A stretch of DNA of 64,000 nt from a virus (taxonomy: Duplodnaviria > Caudoviricetes), in IMG/VR virus record IMGVR_UViG_3300020050_007888, positions 7,554 through 71,553 of that record; one strand, given 5' to 3'. A program made the translations under genes and the position numbers. Numbering within the stretch: the first letter of the stretch is position 1; every line of letters begins with the position of its first letter. The notes under the pieces are model-generated. The model was given only the letters and a program-made list of their open reading frames with translations, had not been told where the DNA came from and did no database searches. Positions 47,797 to 57,557 of this stretch are shown one piece after another.

Positions 47797-49335
47797 ATGA
47801 GAAAAAACATCTATCAATTAATGGCAGCGATGATGCTGCTACTGTCTGTTACTATCGGGGCGTTTGCACAAACACCCGCTATTGGACCTGACAGAACTTT
47901 CCGTGGCGGTCCACCTACATTACTCAAGCCGGATAAGTTCACCAAGCACGACACCTATCGTGATACGATCAACAAGATTTCGTACAAGTGGAATGGGCTT
48001 ATCAGGTATGTTCCGGAAGATCAGATGGCGGGTCCACAGGGGATTCAGGGCATACCTGGAATACCGGGGCTGAAGGGTGACAAAGGAGATCAGGGCGTTC
48101 AAGGTATTCAGGGAGTTGCAGGACCAATCGGACCGGCAGGACCGCAAGGAATACAAGGCGCAACGGGAGCTACCGGAGCAACAGGACCACAAGGTCCGGC
48201 AGGTCCACAAGGTCCGCAAGGACCAGCGGGAAGTGGAGGATCAGGCACATTCAATTCAGGTCGCACAAAGTTCGTGGCAACAGAAGCGGAATTTAGATCA
48301 GCGGTTGCAGGAATTGTAAACGATCAAACCCGTGCGATCTTCTGTACGCAGGACATTCGGATAACTTCCTCCACGCCTTTTGAACTACCTAAAGTACCGG
48401 GCGGAACTTCCACGAATCAAAATACAGTCATTGAAATCAACCTATGCGGTAACAGTATATTTGACAATTCACCTTCGGGACTTCCTTATATCATCGGGAT
48501 GCAGCCTGTAGATCAGACTGAAGCCATGAACATGGCAAACCGCCCACGTACCTATAATATTCACGGTGGTAAGATCGTGGGCAAAGGAACGGGGACAGGT
48601 TACTTAATCGACTTAGCCTGCTCACAACGTTCTACTGTTTGGGATATGCACTTAGAGAACTCTACCAACGGAATCCGTATGGCTTTCTGTATGTTTGGAA
48701 CGATTCACTCTATTACTTCCAACGACATCAGAGGTATTGTAATTGAACCTACACGGGGTAAATGGTCAGGTAGCGGTAACAACCTTTGCAGTTCAAACCA
48801 ATTCAAAGTGATGAACGTTCGTGCATTTGTTTACGATGGATCAACAGCTATTATATGGTCAGAGGCTTGTAGTGGGCATGAATATCAATTAATTACAGGG
48901 GAAGGCGGATTTGCAAGTTATGGAATTATGTGGAATTATAACGGAGCCAATGAAGTGAAGAACGGTCCGTATATCAAACTTTGCCATTGGGAAGGAACAG
49001 TAGAGGCGCAGTTCTCTGTTGCATTTATCTACATCAGGCAGGGCGGAGGATCAACAACTGTCATCGAGGGAACAAACCACCAACTATTTGCTGCTACTCG
49101 TAGCCCTCTTATCTGGGTGCAAGGTGAAGGCTCAGGAAATACAGTAAAAGTAAACGACCTGCGTTGGCTTCTGAACGATTCAAAGTTTCAAAGTACAGGT
49201 CAGAACTTCTGGGAGTTCAACGGATGCTACGATGGTGGCAATCTACTTAGTCAAGCACGATGGGTTGGGACTATACCGAATGGAGTGAGCACTTACAACA
49301 ATGGCACATCTCTTATAACAGTAAAACGACCATGA
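47797..49335 (+). CDS. Signal-peptide collagen-repeat protein with a probable beta-helix C-terminal domain
   Basis: [24 protein letters not shown]|Q; 22 Gly-X-Y triplets; beta-helix-like strands downstream. ATG 47797 is preferred over 47770. Confidence 0.8.
   Translation: MRKNIYQLMAAMMLLLSVTIGAFAQTPAIGPDRTFRGGPPTLLKPDKFTKHDTYRDTINKISYKWNGLIRYVPEDQMAGPQGIQGIPGIPGLKGDKGDQGVQGIQGVAGPIGPAGPQGIQGATGATGATGPQGPAGPQGPQGPAGSGGSGTFNSGRTKFVATEAEFRSAVAGIVNDQTRAIFCTQDIRITSSTPFELPKVPGGTSTNQNTVIEINLCGNSIFDNSPSGLPYIIGMQPVDQTEAMNMANRPRTYNIHGGKIVGKGTGTGYLIDLACSQRSTVWDMHLENSTNGIRMAFCMFGTIHSITSNDIRGIVIEPTRGKWSGSGNNLCSSNQFKVMNVRAFVYDGSTAIIWSEACSGHEYQLITGEGGFASYGIMWNYNGANEVKNGPYIKLCHWEGTVEAQFSVAFIYIRQGGGSTTVIEGTNHQLFAATRSPLIWVQGEGSGNTVKVNDLRWLLNDSKFQSTGQNFWEFNGCYDGGNLLSQARWVGTIPNGVSTYNNGTSLITVKRP
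48031..48228 (+). repeat. Collagen-like (Gly-X-Y)22 coding repeat
   Basis: [21 protein letters not shown]...GPQGPQGPA. Confidence 0.95.
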
Positions 49336-49718
49336 TACTATTCGAGCAATACATGGATTCGCCCTGGGTGATGATGATACTTGGACTCGTAGCCCATCTA
49401 TCAGTGAAGGCTATGCGGGCGAAGGACACCACAAAGCGTAACGAAGAAGGATGGAACGCAGCACGGTTCTCAAAGGACTATCTGCTTCCATTCATCTTCA
49501 GTGCAATCGCATCGTTTGTGTTCACCGCTATCTCTATTGATAAAGGATGGCCGATATGGGCTTCCTTCTTCATGTCGTATGCTTCTTCCTCTGCATTGTA
49601 TAACATCTATCCGGTTATCACCAACCCTCAACTATGGACCGGAATAGCCGGATATTTCACAAGTAGAATCACACAAACGCCACCGAAAGACACTCCACCT
49701 GACAATGAACAGCCGTAG
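49332..49718 (+). CDS. Membrane protein, holin-like
   Basis: Three to four hydrophobic segments; ATG 49332 overlaps the upstream stop. Confidence 0.5.
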   Translation: MILFEQYMDSPWVMMILGLVAHLSVKAMRAKDTTKRNEEGWNAARFSKDYLLPFIFSAIASFVFTAISIDKGWPIWASFFMSYASSSALYNIYPVITNPQLWTGIAGYFTSRITQTPPKDTPPDNEQP

Positions 49719-50280
49719 CTTAGTTACTATACAATGGGTTATCATCGGCATACTGATCTTCGCATATTTCACAAAGCAAAATGATTGCCCGCCTGTCCAA
49801 CTTCCTCCTGCGTCACGCCATATTGAAGTGGTGGAGGGAAAGGATACGACAAGAGAGCAAACGGTACCGGCAGTCAAAGCTCCGAAAAAATATAAGGACT
49901 TTCTTGTGGCACCTAAACCCAACGTTGCTACACTCGACAGTAGCGTGGTGGATAGCGGTTATATTTATCTTGCTAATCTATCGGATAGTAATATCAGTAT
50001 TGATGTTGCCATTCCTGTGAATAACTGTAGCGTGGATAGCGTTCAGATTAAGTATAAGACTAAGACCGCATCTACCATTCACATTACAGATAGCATTCCG
50101 TATCCTATTTACCTACCCTCCTCCACTAAGCAACTTTTTATAGGCGTGTTTGCCAATGCTATTACCGATATTACTGCCGGTGCACAGGTTGGATATATCC
50201 GAGGCAATAAACTTTGGTCCTACGGTTACGACCCTTTTGAAAAGTCACATCGGGTAGGGCTGATGTGGGGGATAAGATAA
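49705..50280 (+). CDS. Membrane-anchored exported protein (spanin-like possible)
   Basis: N-terminal TM helix and a C-terminal beta-strand pattern ending GLMWGIR; last gene of the lysis-like block. Confidence 0.45.
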   Translation: MNSRSLVTIQWVIIGILIFAYFTKQNDCPPVQLPPASRHIEVVEGKDTTREQTVPAVKAPKKYKDFLVAPKPNVATLDSSVVDSGYIYLANLSDSNISIDVAIPVNNCSVDSVQIKYKTKTASTIHITDSIPYPIYLPSSTKQLFIGVFANAITDITAGAQVGYIRGNKLWSYGYDPFEKSHRVGLMWGIR

Positions 50281-50283
50281 TAC

Positions 50284-50344
50284 TATTGAGTGTCAATACG
50301 CTACATTCTTAGGCTTGTCCGTGCTATATAAATGGCTATATTTG
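50284..50344 (+). promoter_or_regulatory. Promoter with a candidate operator palindrome
   Basis: TATTGA-GTG-TCAATA at 50284-50298; TTG 50315-50317, 19 nt, TATATTTG 50337-50344; ATG 50350. Confidence 0.65.
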
Positions 50345-50349
50345 TACAC

Positions 50350-50571
50350 ATGAAAAAAAAGAATTACGTGCATATTGCAGCGGGCGACTATCCGGCATTT
50401 CGGGTAGCGGATGAGCAGATGCACAAGATTGAGAGAATAAAAGCTCACGGTGGAGGTCGTAGTGCTGCCTCCATAGTTCGGGAGGCTATTGATAGTTTAT
50501 ATGAAAAATACGAGGTCGAAATGACCGATAAAACAAAGAGGATAAAATGGACGAGAAAACAAACAGCGTAG
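50350..50571 (+). CDS. Ribbon-helix-helix-like regulator
   Basis: PAFRVADEQMHKIERIKAHGGGRSAASIVREAIDSL; first gene of the recombination operon. Confidence 0.55.
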   Translation: MKKKNYVHIAAGDYPAFRVADEQMHKIERIKAHGGGRSAASIVREAIDSLYEKYEVEMTDKTKRIKWTRKQTA

Positions 50572-51476
50572 CGGTAGCGCAACAATCAGTAGTAACCGCC
50601 AAATCTTTATTCGCAAGGGACGAAGTAAAGAAAAAGTTCGAGGAAATGATGGGTAAGCGTTCCGCATCATTCATCACATCTGTATTGCAGATTGTGGCAT
50701 CAAACAATTTACTTGCAAAGGCAGAACCTAACTCAGTTTATCAGGCTGCGGCTATGGCTGCAACACTTGACTTGCCGCTAAACAACTCGCTCGGCTTTGC
50801 TTACATCGTGCCGTATAACCAAAAGTACAAGGACGCAAGCGGGCAGTGGCAGACTAAACAGGTAGCGCAGTTCCAGTTGGGGTACAAAGGCTACATTCAA
50901 CTTGCGCAGCGTTCCGGACAATTCAAAACCCTTGCATCATGCCCGATCTATGACGGACAGATTGTAGAGCAAAATCCACTTACCGGATATGTGTTTGATT
51001 TTACAAAACCATCTACCGGCAAAATAGTAGGTTACGCTGCATACTTTGAACTGGTGAACGGATTTCAGAAGATGATGTACATGAGTATCGAAGAAATGAA
51101 AGCTCACGGTGCGAAGTATTCAAAGACGTTTAGCAACGACAAGGGACTTTGGAATACCGACTTTGACGCTATGGCGAACAAGACTATTTTAAAACTCTTA
51201 CTCTCTAAATATGCACCACTATCTGTAGAGTTGCAGAATGCTGTTGTAGCAGATCAATCTACTGTCACGAATCATGAGACCGTTGAAGTTGAATACGTGG
51301 ACAACGAACCAACGGAAGTAGACAAGGCAGAGGAAAGAATGCAGTTATTGATAAATGACTGCACGACACTTGAAGAGTTGAACGCTCTTAACAAGGATAT
51401 TCCTGCTTCTTTACGTGGAATCTTCCAACAAAAAGTAAGCGAACTTTCGCCTGTTGCACAAGCAAATGCAAAATAA
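50547..51476 (+). CDS. recT: RecT/Redbeta-family single-strand annealing protein
   Basis: AAMAATLDLPLNNSLGFAYIVPY...AQFQLGYKGYIQLAQRSGQF...GYAAYFEL...MANKTILK. Confidence 0.92.
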   Translation: MDEKTNSVAVAQQSVVTAKSLFARDEVKKKFEEMMGKRSASFITSVLQIVASNNLLAKAEPNSVYQAAAMAATLDLPLNNSLGFAYIVPYNQKYKDASGQWQTKQVAQFQLGYKGYIQLAQRSGQFKTLASCPIYDGQIVEQNPLTGYVFDFTKPSTGKIVGYAAYFELVNGFQKMMYMSIEEMKAHGAKYSKTFSNDKGLWNTDFDAMANKTILKLLLSKYAPLSVELQNAVVADQSTVTNHETVEVEYVDNEPTEVDKAEERMQLLINDCTTLEELNALNKDIPASLRGIFQQKVSELSPVAQANAK

Positions 51477-52173
51477 TATCCTATTCAGGTGTTCTTCTCT
51501 CGGTCACATCATGACTGAGCCGAAAGTAAAAACAGAGACTATTTCTGAATCTGCAAAGGCGCACCTCATTGACGTATTCGTTGCTGAAAAGTACGGAAGG
51601 CGTTCGGATATTGGCAACCGTTATACGATCAAAGGAACACTTGTAGAAGAAGATTCTATGACTTTGTTTAGTCGTGTAACAAAGAGGTTCTACGTGAAGA
51701 ATGAGGAAAGTTTGGCAAACGACTACATTAAAGGAACACCGGACATCATCACCTCTTTAGAAATAGAGGATATGGAGATTGTTGACATAAAATCATCATG
51801 GGACATCTTCACCTATATGCGGGCTAAGTTTAAGAATGACATCAAGAAACTTTACTATTGGCAGTTGCAGGGCTACATGGCGTTGACCGGAGCTAAAAAA
51901 GCCCGACTTGCTTACTGCCTTGTAAATACTCCCGATCAACTTCTTGAAGATGAGAAACGCAAACTCTGGTATAAGATCGGACAGCCGGATAAAGAGTCTC
52001 CAATGTGGCTTGATGCGGTTCAGGAGATTGAAATGTCATGTATCTATGATGATATTCCTATGCACGAAAGGTTGCATCAAATATCATTCGAGCGTAACGA
52101 TGCGGATATTGAGAAACTTTACAACAAGGTGCTACAGTGTCGTGAATGGATGAACGCAAATCTCTACAAATAA
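51466..52173 (+). CDS. YqaJ/lambda-exonuclease-like nuclease
   Basis: FRCSSLG...KGTLVEE...KGTPDII...VDIKSSWD...YYWQLQGYMALTG; adjacent to recT. Confidence 0.85.
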   Translation: MQNNILFRCSSLGHIMTEPKVKTETISESAKAHLIDVFVAEKYGRRSDIGNRYTIKGTLVEEDSMTLFSRVTKRFYVKNEESLANDYIKGTPDIITSLEIEDMEIVDIKSSWDIFTYMRAKFKNDIKKLYYWQLQGYMALTGAKKARLAYCLVNTPDQLLEDEKRKLWYKIGQPDKESPMWLDAVQEIEMSCIYDDIPMHERLHQISFERNDADIEKLYNKVLQCREWMNANLYK

Positions 52174-52175
52174 AT

Positions 52176-52472
52176 ATGACTATACAGTTCACACCTGACG
52201 AGCTTGACAAGTTATTAAACGATGTTATAGCTAAATCATTTGACAATGTTGTGCCGTTCATGAAATGTATCTGCAACAATAAGCGGAGCAAACGTTGTCC
52301 AAAACACAACTACATTCAGGTCAGTACAAACATTATTAAAAATTCCTACCTTCGGATAGGAGAACGAATATTGAACGACCAAAACAACAAACGACAACCA
52401 TTAGAACTATCCGGTACTACCGGAACAATAACCCCAATAGACCATGCAAGTAAAACTATTACAAATCCTTGA
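52176..52472 (+). CDS. Hypothetical protein
   Basis: ATG 52176 after the exonuclease stop; contains CICNNKRSKRCPKH. Confidence 0.35.
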   Translation: MTIQFTPDELDKLLNDVIAKSFDNVVPFMKCICNNKRSKRCPKHNYIQVSTNIIKNSYLRIGERILNDQNNKRQPLELSGTTGTITPIDHASKTITNP

Positions 52473-52788
52473 TGATGTTTCAGGCAATTCCAACGGTAAT
52501 GACTGGAGAAGAGTAAAGATTCTCACTGAAACATTTGGTGAATACTCACGTAAGATAGCGTTTGACAGCAAATCTAAGGCTGTATCTGACCAGATGGCGG
52601 GCATTCCAATAGGTTCAACCATCGAAATCGAATACGAACCACATTCCCGTGAATGGCAGGGCAAATGGTACTCCGATCACAAGGTATGGAAGGTATCTGT
52701 GGTAGGACAGGCGACCACTGCATCCACGCCTATTCAGCCTAATCCGGCGGCTATGGACAGTAACACCGCTGACGATCTGCCATTCTAA
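52444..52788 (+). CDS. DUF3127-type single-stranded DNA-binding protein
   Basis: VSGNSNGNDWRRVKIL...YSRKIAFD...IEIEYEPHSREWQGKWYSD..VWKV, with an acidic tail ending DDLPF. Confidence 0.85.
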   Translation: MQVKLLQILDDVSGNSNGNDWRRVKILTETFGEYSRKIAFDSKSKAVSDQMAGIPIGSTIEIEYEPHSREWQGKWYSDHKVWKVSVVGQATTASTPIQPNPAAMDSNTADDLPF

Positions 52789-52901
52789 TGATTTACTTAA
52801 GTGGGATAGTGCTGTTCTTTCTTCTCTACGGGGAGTGGAGACAGTATAAAAAGAACAAGGGCCGACGCTAATCGACCCCCGTTTTGTAATCTAAACTATG
52901 C

Positions 52902-52936
52902 AAGGGCGAAGGTATATCCTTCGCCCTTTTATTTTG
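52902..52936 (+). terminator. Strong intrinsic terminator
   Basis: AGGGCGAAGG-TATAT-CCTTCGCCCT followed by TTTATTTT. Confidence 0.8.
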
Positions 52937-52978
52937 GGGGCAAGCGAAAATAATGTTCTCCCTTTATATCTTTACCCT

Positions 52979-53611
52979 ATGAATAGAGAACAGGTTGTAT
53001 CAGAGGACTATCAGAGTGCTGATTTTCCTTCACTTACAGCGTTGGCGGGCGTACAAGCCCTTGATATGTCTACGGGCATTCTCTACAAGCAAACAGCTAT
53101 TCCCTATGGCAAGGCATACAGGGAGGTAGGGAAGTTTTACTATCAGCCCCTTACTCCGGCCGGAGGTTCTGTCAATAGCGTCACCGGACTTGATACCGAC
53201 AATACCGATCCTGCTAATCCTATCGTTCAGATTTCTGTGGATGGGAGTACGATCACGGGAGATGGCACCCCTGGGAGTCCACTTGTAAGTGCAGGAGGAG
53301 GCGTACCCACTTCACGGACAATCTCAACTACATCTCCGCTTACAGGTGGTGGCGATCTATCCGCCAACAGAACAATCGCTATACCGCAAGCTACCTCACT
53401 TGTCAGCGGGTATTTATCGAATACTGATTGGGCGGCTTTTGATGGTAAACAGGCGGCACTTGGTTTCACGCCGGAGAATGTAGCGAATAAGGCAACAGAC
53501 TTAACCTCTCCGGACAATACAAAGTACCCGACTACTCTTGCGGTCAGTACAGCAATAGCGAGCGCAATAGCAGCAAACGATCCTATACCTTTAATAATAG
53601 CACTTGGATAA
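52979..53611 (+). CDS. Tail-fibre-like protein
   Basis: VTGLDTDNTDPANP, ITGDGT, RTISTTSPLTGGGDLSANRTI, GYLSNTDW...FDGKQAALGFTPENVANK are fibre-shaft-type motifs. The start follows the terminator. Confidence 0.6.
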   Translation: MNREQVVSEDYQSADFPSLTALAGVQALDMSTGILYKQTAIPYGKAYREVGKFYYQPLTPAGGSVNSVTGLDTDNTDPANPIVQISVDGSTITGDGTPGSPLVSAGGGVPTSRTISTTSPLTGGGDLSANRTIAIPQATSLVSGYLSNTDWAAFDGKQAALGFTPENVANKATDLTSPDNTKYPTTLAVSTAIASAIAANDPIPLIIALG

Positions 53612-54177
53612 TGGCAAAAGTCTTAATAGGAGTTGATTATGGTAGTTACACCTTCGATGCTTCGGCAAAGCAGGTGACAATAGAATTGGACGAGGGAGTT
53701 CCTTCGTTGGAGGCATTGTTAGTTATTACCAATGTAACCGACAATGTTATTATATACAATTTTGCAAATCCCTTACTTGGAGGAACGCTATCGGGAAGCA
53801 CGTTCACTCTGACGTATGATACTACGGCGATGAGTGATACCGATGATCTTCAGATATGGTATTATGTATCTGACGCTATGGCGGTAGCGGATAGTCAATT
53901 AAAAGAGGTTTCCGATGCGCTGAAGATACTGATGAATATCATTGGTAGTAATTCGACATTGCCGGATGCTTCGGGCAGGGTGAGAATATTACTGGATGCA
54001 ATCTCAGCGAGCTTAACGCTTGCTACAGTTACCACAGTAGGAACGGTGAGTTCAGTGACATCTATAACTACGCTTGCAGGCCAGACAGCTATTGGCGGGT
54101 GGTTTGCAACGAATCAAGTACCATCGACAATGCAGATTCCTGTTAATCAGTTAAGATCAAACATATTAATTACTTAA
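53611..54177 (+). CDS. Fibre-associated hypothetical protein
   Basis: YTFDASAKQVTI...LLVITNVTDNVIIYNF...TLTYDTTAMSDTDDLQIWY; Thr/Ser-rich tail. Confidence 0.55.
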   Translation: MAKVLIGVDYGSYTFDASAKQVTIELDEGVPSLEALLVITNVTDNVIIYNFANPLLGGTLSGSTFTLTYDTTAMSDTDDLQIWYYVSDAMAVADSQLKEVSDALKILMNIIGSNSTLPDASGRVRILLDAISASLTLATVTTVGTVSSVTSITTLAGQTAIGGWFATNQVPSTMQIPVNQLRSNILIT

Positions 54178-54181
54178 AATT

Positions 54182-55585
54182 ATGGCAACGGTAGTAAATC
54201 TTAGAAAGATAGTTGACAGGAAGCTCTGGGAGATGTGTGCGCCGTCTCCATTGAATACGGGTGCAGGTCAGTTTGTGGCTGGTGCTGTTCAGCACTGCCA
54301 AACGAAGTTATTGGTTGCAAATGCAACCACGCATTATTTATATGATCCCAGAGAAGATGGTTTTATTCAGATTCCATCAGGGGCATTGGCGGGAACTTTT
54401 GGAGCCGGAGCATGTGGAGCTGCTGTTACAGGAGGGCCATCGGGAACAGCTACGGCGGGGACGGCAACGACACTGACAACAAACCTGACTATTGCCAGAG
54501 ATTTGAGAGGATATAAGATTCATATTACGGGAGGTCCTGGAGCCGGCGATATTTTAGATATTACCTCAAATACAGTTGGGGCGAATGCTGTTATTACAGC
54601 AGCTTTTTCGGCAACGATAACATCATCATCGACCTACAGACTGCTTACTCCCAGGTGGTATGTCATTTGTGCCGGTACGCTGGCTGCAAACAGTTTCAAG
54701 TATTATGACTATGCGCTCAATACATGGACAGCGGGGTTACAAACGGGATTGCCAGCAACGATAAATACCGACAGTGTTTTGGTAGCTACTCCATCAATGA
54801 CAAACGGAGCTTTTGTCTCCTTCGCTACCGGTACGGCAACGGCTGGTGGGGCGAGTACCCTGACTGATGGAGGAAAGACGTGGACAGTAAACCAGTGGAC
54901 AAGCTATCAGATACGCATCACGGCAGGAACCGGACTTGGACAGTTCAGGACGATTGCCTCCAATACGGGAACGGTGATTACTGTAAGTGCTGCATGGACA
55001 ACAACACCGGATGCCACCAGTGTTTATACTATTGAAGGCTGTGATGATTTTCTTTATTACAGTGGATCTGGAGGTACGGCAGTAGCGAGATACAGCATAA
55101 GTGCGAATACGTGGTCGGCAATGGCTGTACGGACATCAGCAGGTGCGGGGATGTCAATGGTCTGGGTTCATAGAGTAACAGATGCGTTATGGACCAACGA
55201 AAGCGCAATCCTCAATGGCAGACGGATCTATTCGTTTCGTGGTATTGGCGGGGCTGTGATTGACTACTATGACATTCCATCAAACACTTGGACAAGTGGT
55301 ATCACTTATTCTCCGGCAACGGAGGTCTTTGCCACGGGAAGTAAGTATATTTATGACAACAAAAACTCAATTTACATTCAGATCAATGCTACCGGAAGGT
55401 GGATGAGATATGATATAAATAAGAATGCAATGGAGCCGTGGTGTACTATGATTTACACACAGTCAACAGCGGTAACAGGAAATACGGGCTTTCTGGTAAT
55501 TTATACTGACGGAGGAACGGAATTAAAGTGGGTGTACATGATTTTAAATACGTCAACAGTTATGCTCCGGTGCTTGGTAATATAA
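54182..55585 (+). CDS. Kelch/beta-propeller-like protein with two repeated beta inserts
   Basis: GTATAGTATTLT...ITGGPGAG and GTATAGGASTLT...ITAGTGLG repeats; blades such as YDYALNTWT, YSISANTWS and YDIPSNTWT. Confidence 0.6.
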   Translation: MATVVNLRKIVDRKLWEMCAPSPLNTGAGQFVAGAVQHCQTKLLVANATTHYLYDPREDGFIQIPSGALAGTFGAGACGAAVTGGPSGTATAGTATTLTTNLTIARDLRGYKIHITGGPGAGDILDITSNTVGANAVITAAFSATITSSSTYRLLTPRWYVICAGTLAANSFKYYDYALNTWTAGLQTGLPATINTDSVLVATPSMTNGAFVSFATGTATAGGASTLTDGGKTWTVNQWTSYQIRITAGTGLGQFRTIASNTGTVITVSAAWTTTPDATSVYTIEGCDDFLYYSGSGGTAVARYSISANTWSAMAVRTSAGAGMSMVWVHRVTDALWTNESAILNGRRIYSFRGIGGAVIDYYDIPSNTWTSGITYSPATEVFATGSKYIYDNKNSIYIQINATGRWMRYDINKNAMEPWCTMIYTQSTAVTGNTGFLVIYTDGGTELKWVYMILNTSTVMLRCLVI

Positions 55586-55962
55586 CCATCGGCGACATAT
55601 CACATTGTTCTACAGGACCAACTATTCACGCCTGTAAGTATCCCTGTTTTGCAAAGAGTGGAGCAACAGACTATTTGGTTCACAGGAAAGGGCATCACCT
55701 GTATCTGAATATGGTGGACACGCAGATCGACCAGGAATATTTTGACTACATGATACGTAGGTGTCGTGACTTCTACGAGCAATATCCCTCACTAACCATT
55801 CACTGTAACAAGGGAGTGTCCCGAAGCCCATCCATAGCCCTACTGCTTCTGTTTCCTGCATTATCTATACATGAGGCTATGGTAGAGATGCGCAAGATTT
55901 ACCCCGCCTATAACCCTTCTATTGGGGTGTTGAAGAATGTCTACGACACTTCGAGAAGCTGA
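55528..55962 (+). CDS. Dual-specificity/tyrosine protein phosphatase
   Basis: LTIHCNKGVSRSPSIA is the HCxxGxSRS catalytic loop. Confidence 0.85.
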   Translation: MGVHDFKYVNSYAPVLGNITIGDISHCSTGPTIHACKYPCFAKSGATDYLVHRKGHHLYLNMVDTQIDQEYFDYMIRRCRDFYEQYPSLTIHCNKGVSRSPSIALLLLFPALSIHEAMVEMRKIYPAYNPSIGVLKNVYDTSRS

Positions 55963-57546
55963 GTGTGGACTGGTACGATCTTGTGTGTACCGGTGATGAT
56001 GTTGTCAAGGGTGATAAGCCTCTCTGAGATGCTGTCTCTACAGGCTACAAGTTCTTCACGCAGTCCTTTACGGTGCCTGTAGGTTAGCCTGCCACGCTCT
56101 CCCGACCAGAAATCTATTCTCCGGACAGTATCAAGATACGACTCGAATAACTCGTCACGCTCGTTGATGTAGGATTGTTTGGTTCTCATGCTAACGCCTC
56201 CTTACAGGCTTGGATTAGCCCTTTAGCCTCCTTAATAGCAGTATCTATGTGGGTTTCCCTGTCTCTTGCATAAATCCTACTCGCCACATCGACAAGCATT
56301 TTGAGGTCGTCTTGGGAGGGGGTGGGTTCTTCGATGAAACGTTCATCATAATCTGATGCTACTCCTTTTTCAAATTGATAATAATATATCGTACCTTTTG
56401 GCAATGCCTTAAATTCTTCTTCTGTTAGTTTTTTCATGTTGTTAGTTTTTAATAAATGGGTACTCTTGCTTACAACACAATTTCCCCATCTATGAATAAT
56501 GCCTGATGGAAGTTTAGCCACCTCTGATTCATAATATTTAAAACCCGTTACTACTCCTATCTTATTCCGTAGAATTTAAGAAGGCACTGACAGTCTTTAG
56601 TACTATATCCATACAAATCAGTATCAGTTTTTTGGCACTACTCTGGATTTGATGCGCTTCTTTCTACTCAGGTGAAGCACTCGACCTGTATTTAATCTTG
56701 TTGGAATATGAATATCGTTAGAATATCCGAGGTACACGACTCTTCCACTAATGTCGGGGGGTGTTTTTGTCAATGAACAATAAATTCCGATATGTTTTCC
56801 CACATAATAATATCTTGTTATACCTGATATAATCTTTGGCTCTATCATTTCCCCTCCCTTATCACCTTAACTTCCTCCTCAGTCAGCCCGTGCTTTGCAA
56901 TGATGTCCTGCGCTGTGGGAGGGGTGTAGGGGGTGCAGTCTGATGCAGGGCAATAAACCATAGAAGGAAATGGTTCAATATACAATTTATGCTCTATTTC
57001 ATAGCTTTGAAATGTTTTCACTTGGCCTTTCCACATAAACTTATCCCCCTTATTCAACTTCATCCACCACTCCTGCTTTGGATGGAGGGAGTATTTTGAG
57101 TGCAGGTGTTGGGCGATTTGCTTAATCTCATCAATTTCCTTAATTGGTAGTGTCTTTAATTCCCTTTCCAACTCCTCCACACTCGGCAGGGGTTCTTTTG
57201 AGGGTGTGCCGTAGTGGTTAAATACCCAATCCCACGACTGCTTACTATCAGCGATACCTCTAAACTCCTTCGGCATCTCCTTCGGCAACGGAACTAAAGG
57301 TGATGGGAGGGTGGAGTTGTATTCTTGGATAAGTTTTTGTACAGATGATAAGTACATCTTATTAAATTTTCGTTCCCATAGGTTAGTCATCCTCTCCTCA
57401 TCTATCTTCATCGGGTTGAAGTCGGGGAGTGACGACAATTCTCTTTCTAAATCTCGAAGGTCGCTGCCTATGTCGTATTGCAATTTATTTACAGCCTTTT
57501 CTTTAATAGACTTTACTCGGTCAATTATTTGTTGTTTGGTTTTCAT
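55941..57546 (-). other. Run of small hypothetical genes (55941-56189, 56186-56437, 56624-56848, 56845-57546)
   Basis: Head-to-tail minus-strand ORFs, several with ATGA coupling; no motif recognised. Confidence 0.5.
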
Positions 57547-57557
57547 GGTTGTTGGTG

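Noticed and set aside
47864-48319. Alternative-frame ORFs over the collagen repeat
   Set aside because: Open frames are an expected by-product of the Gly-X-Y codon periodicity.
52898-52978. N-terminal extension of the fibre-like ORF
   Set aside because: It spans the strong terminator hairpin; ATG 52979 is more plausible.
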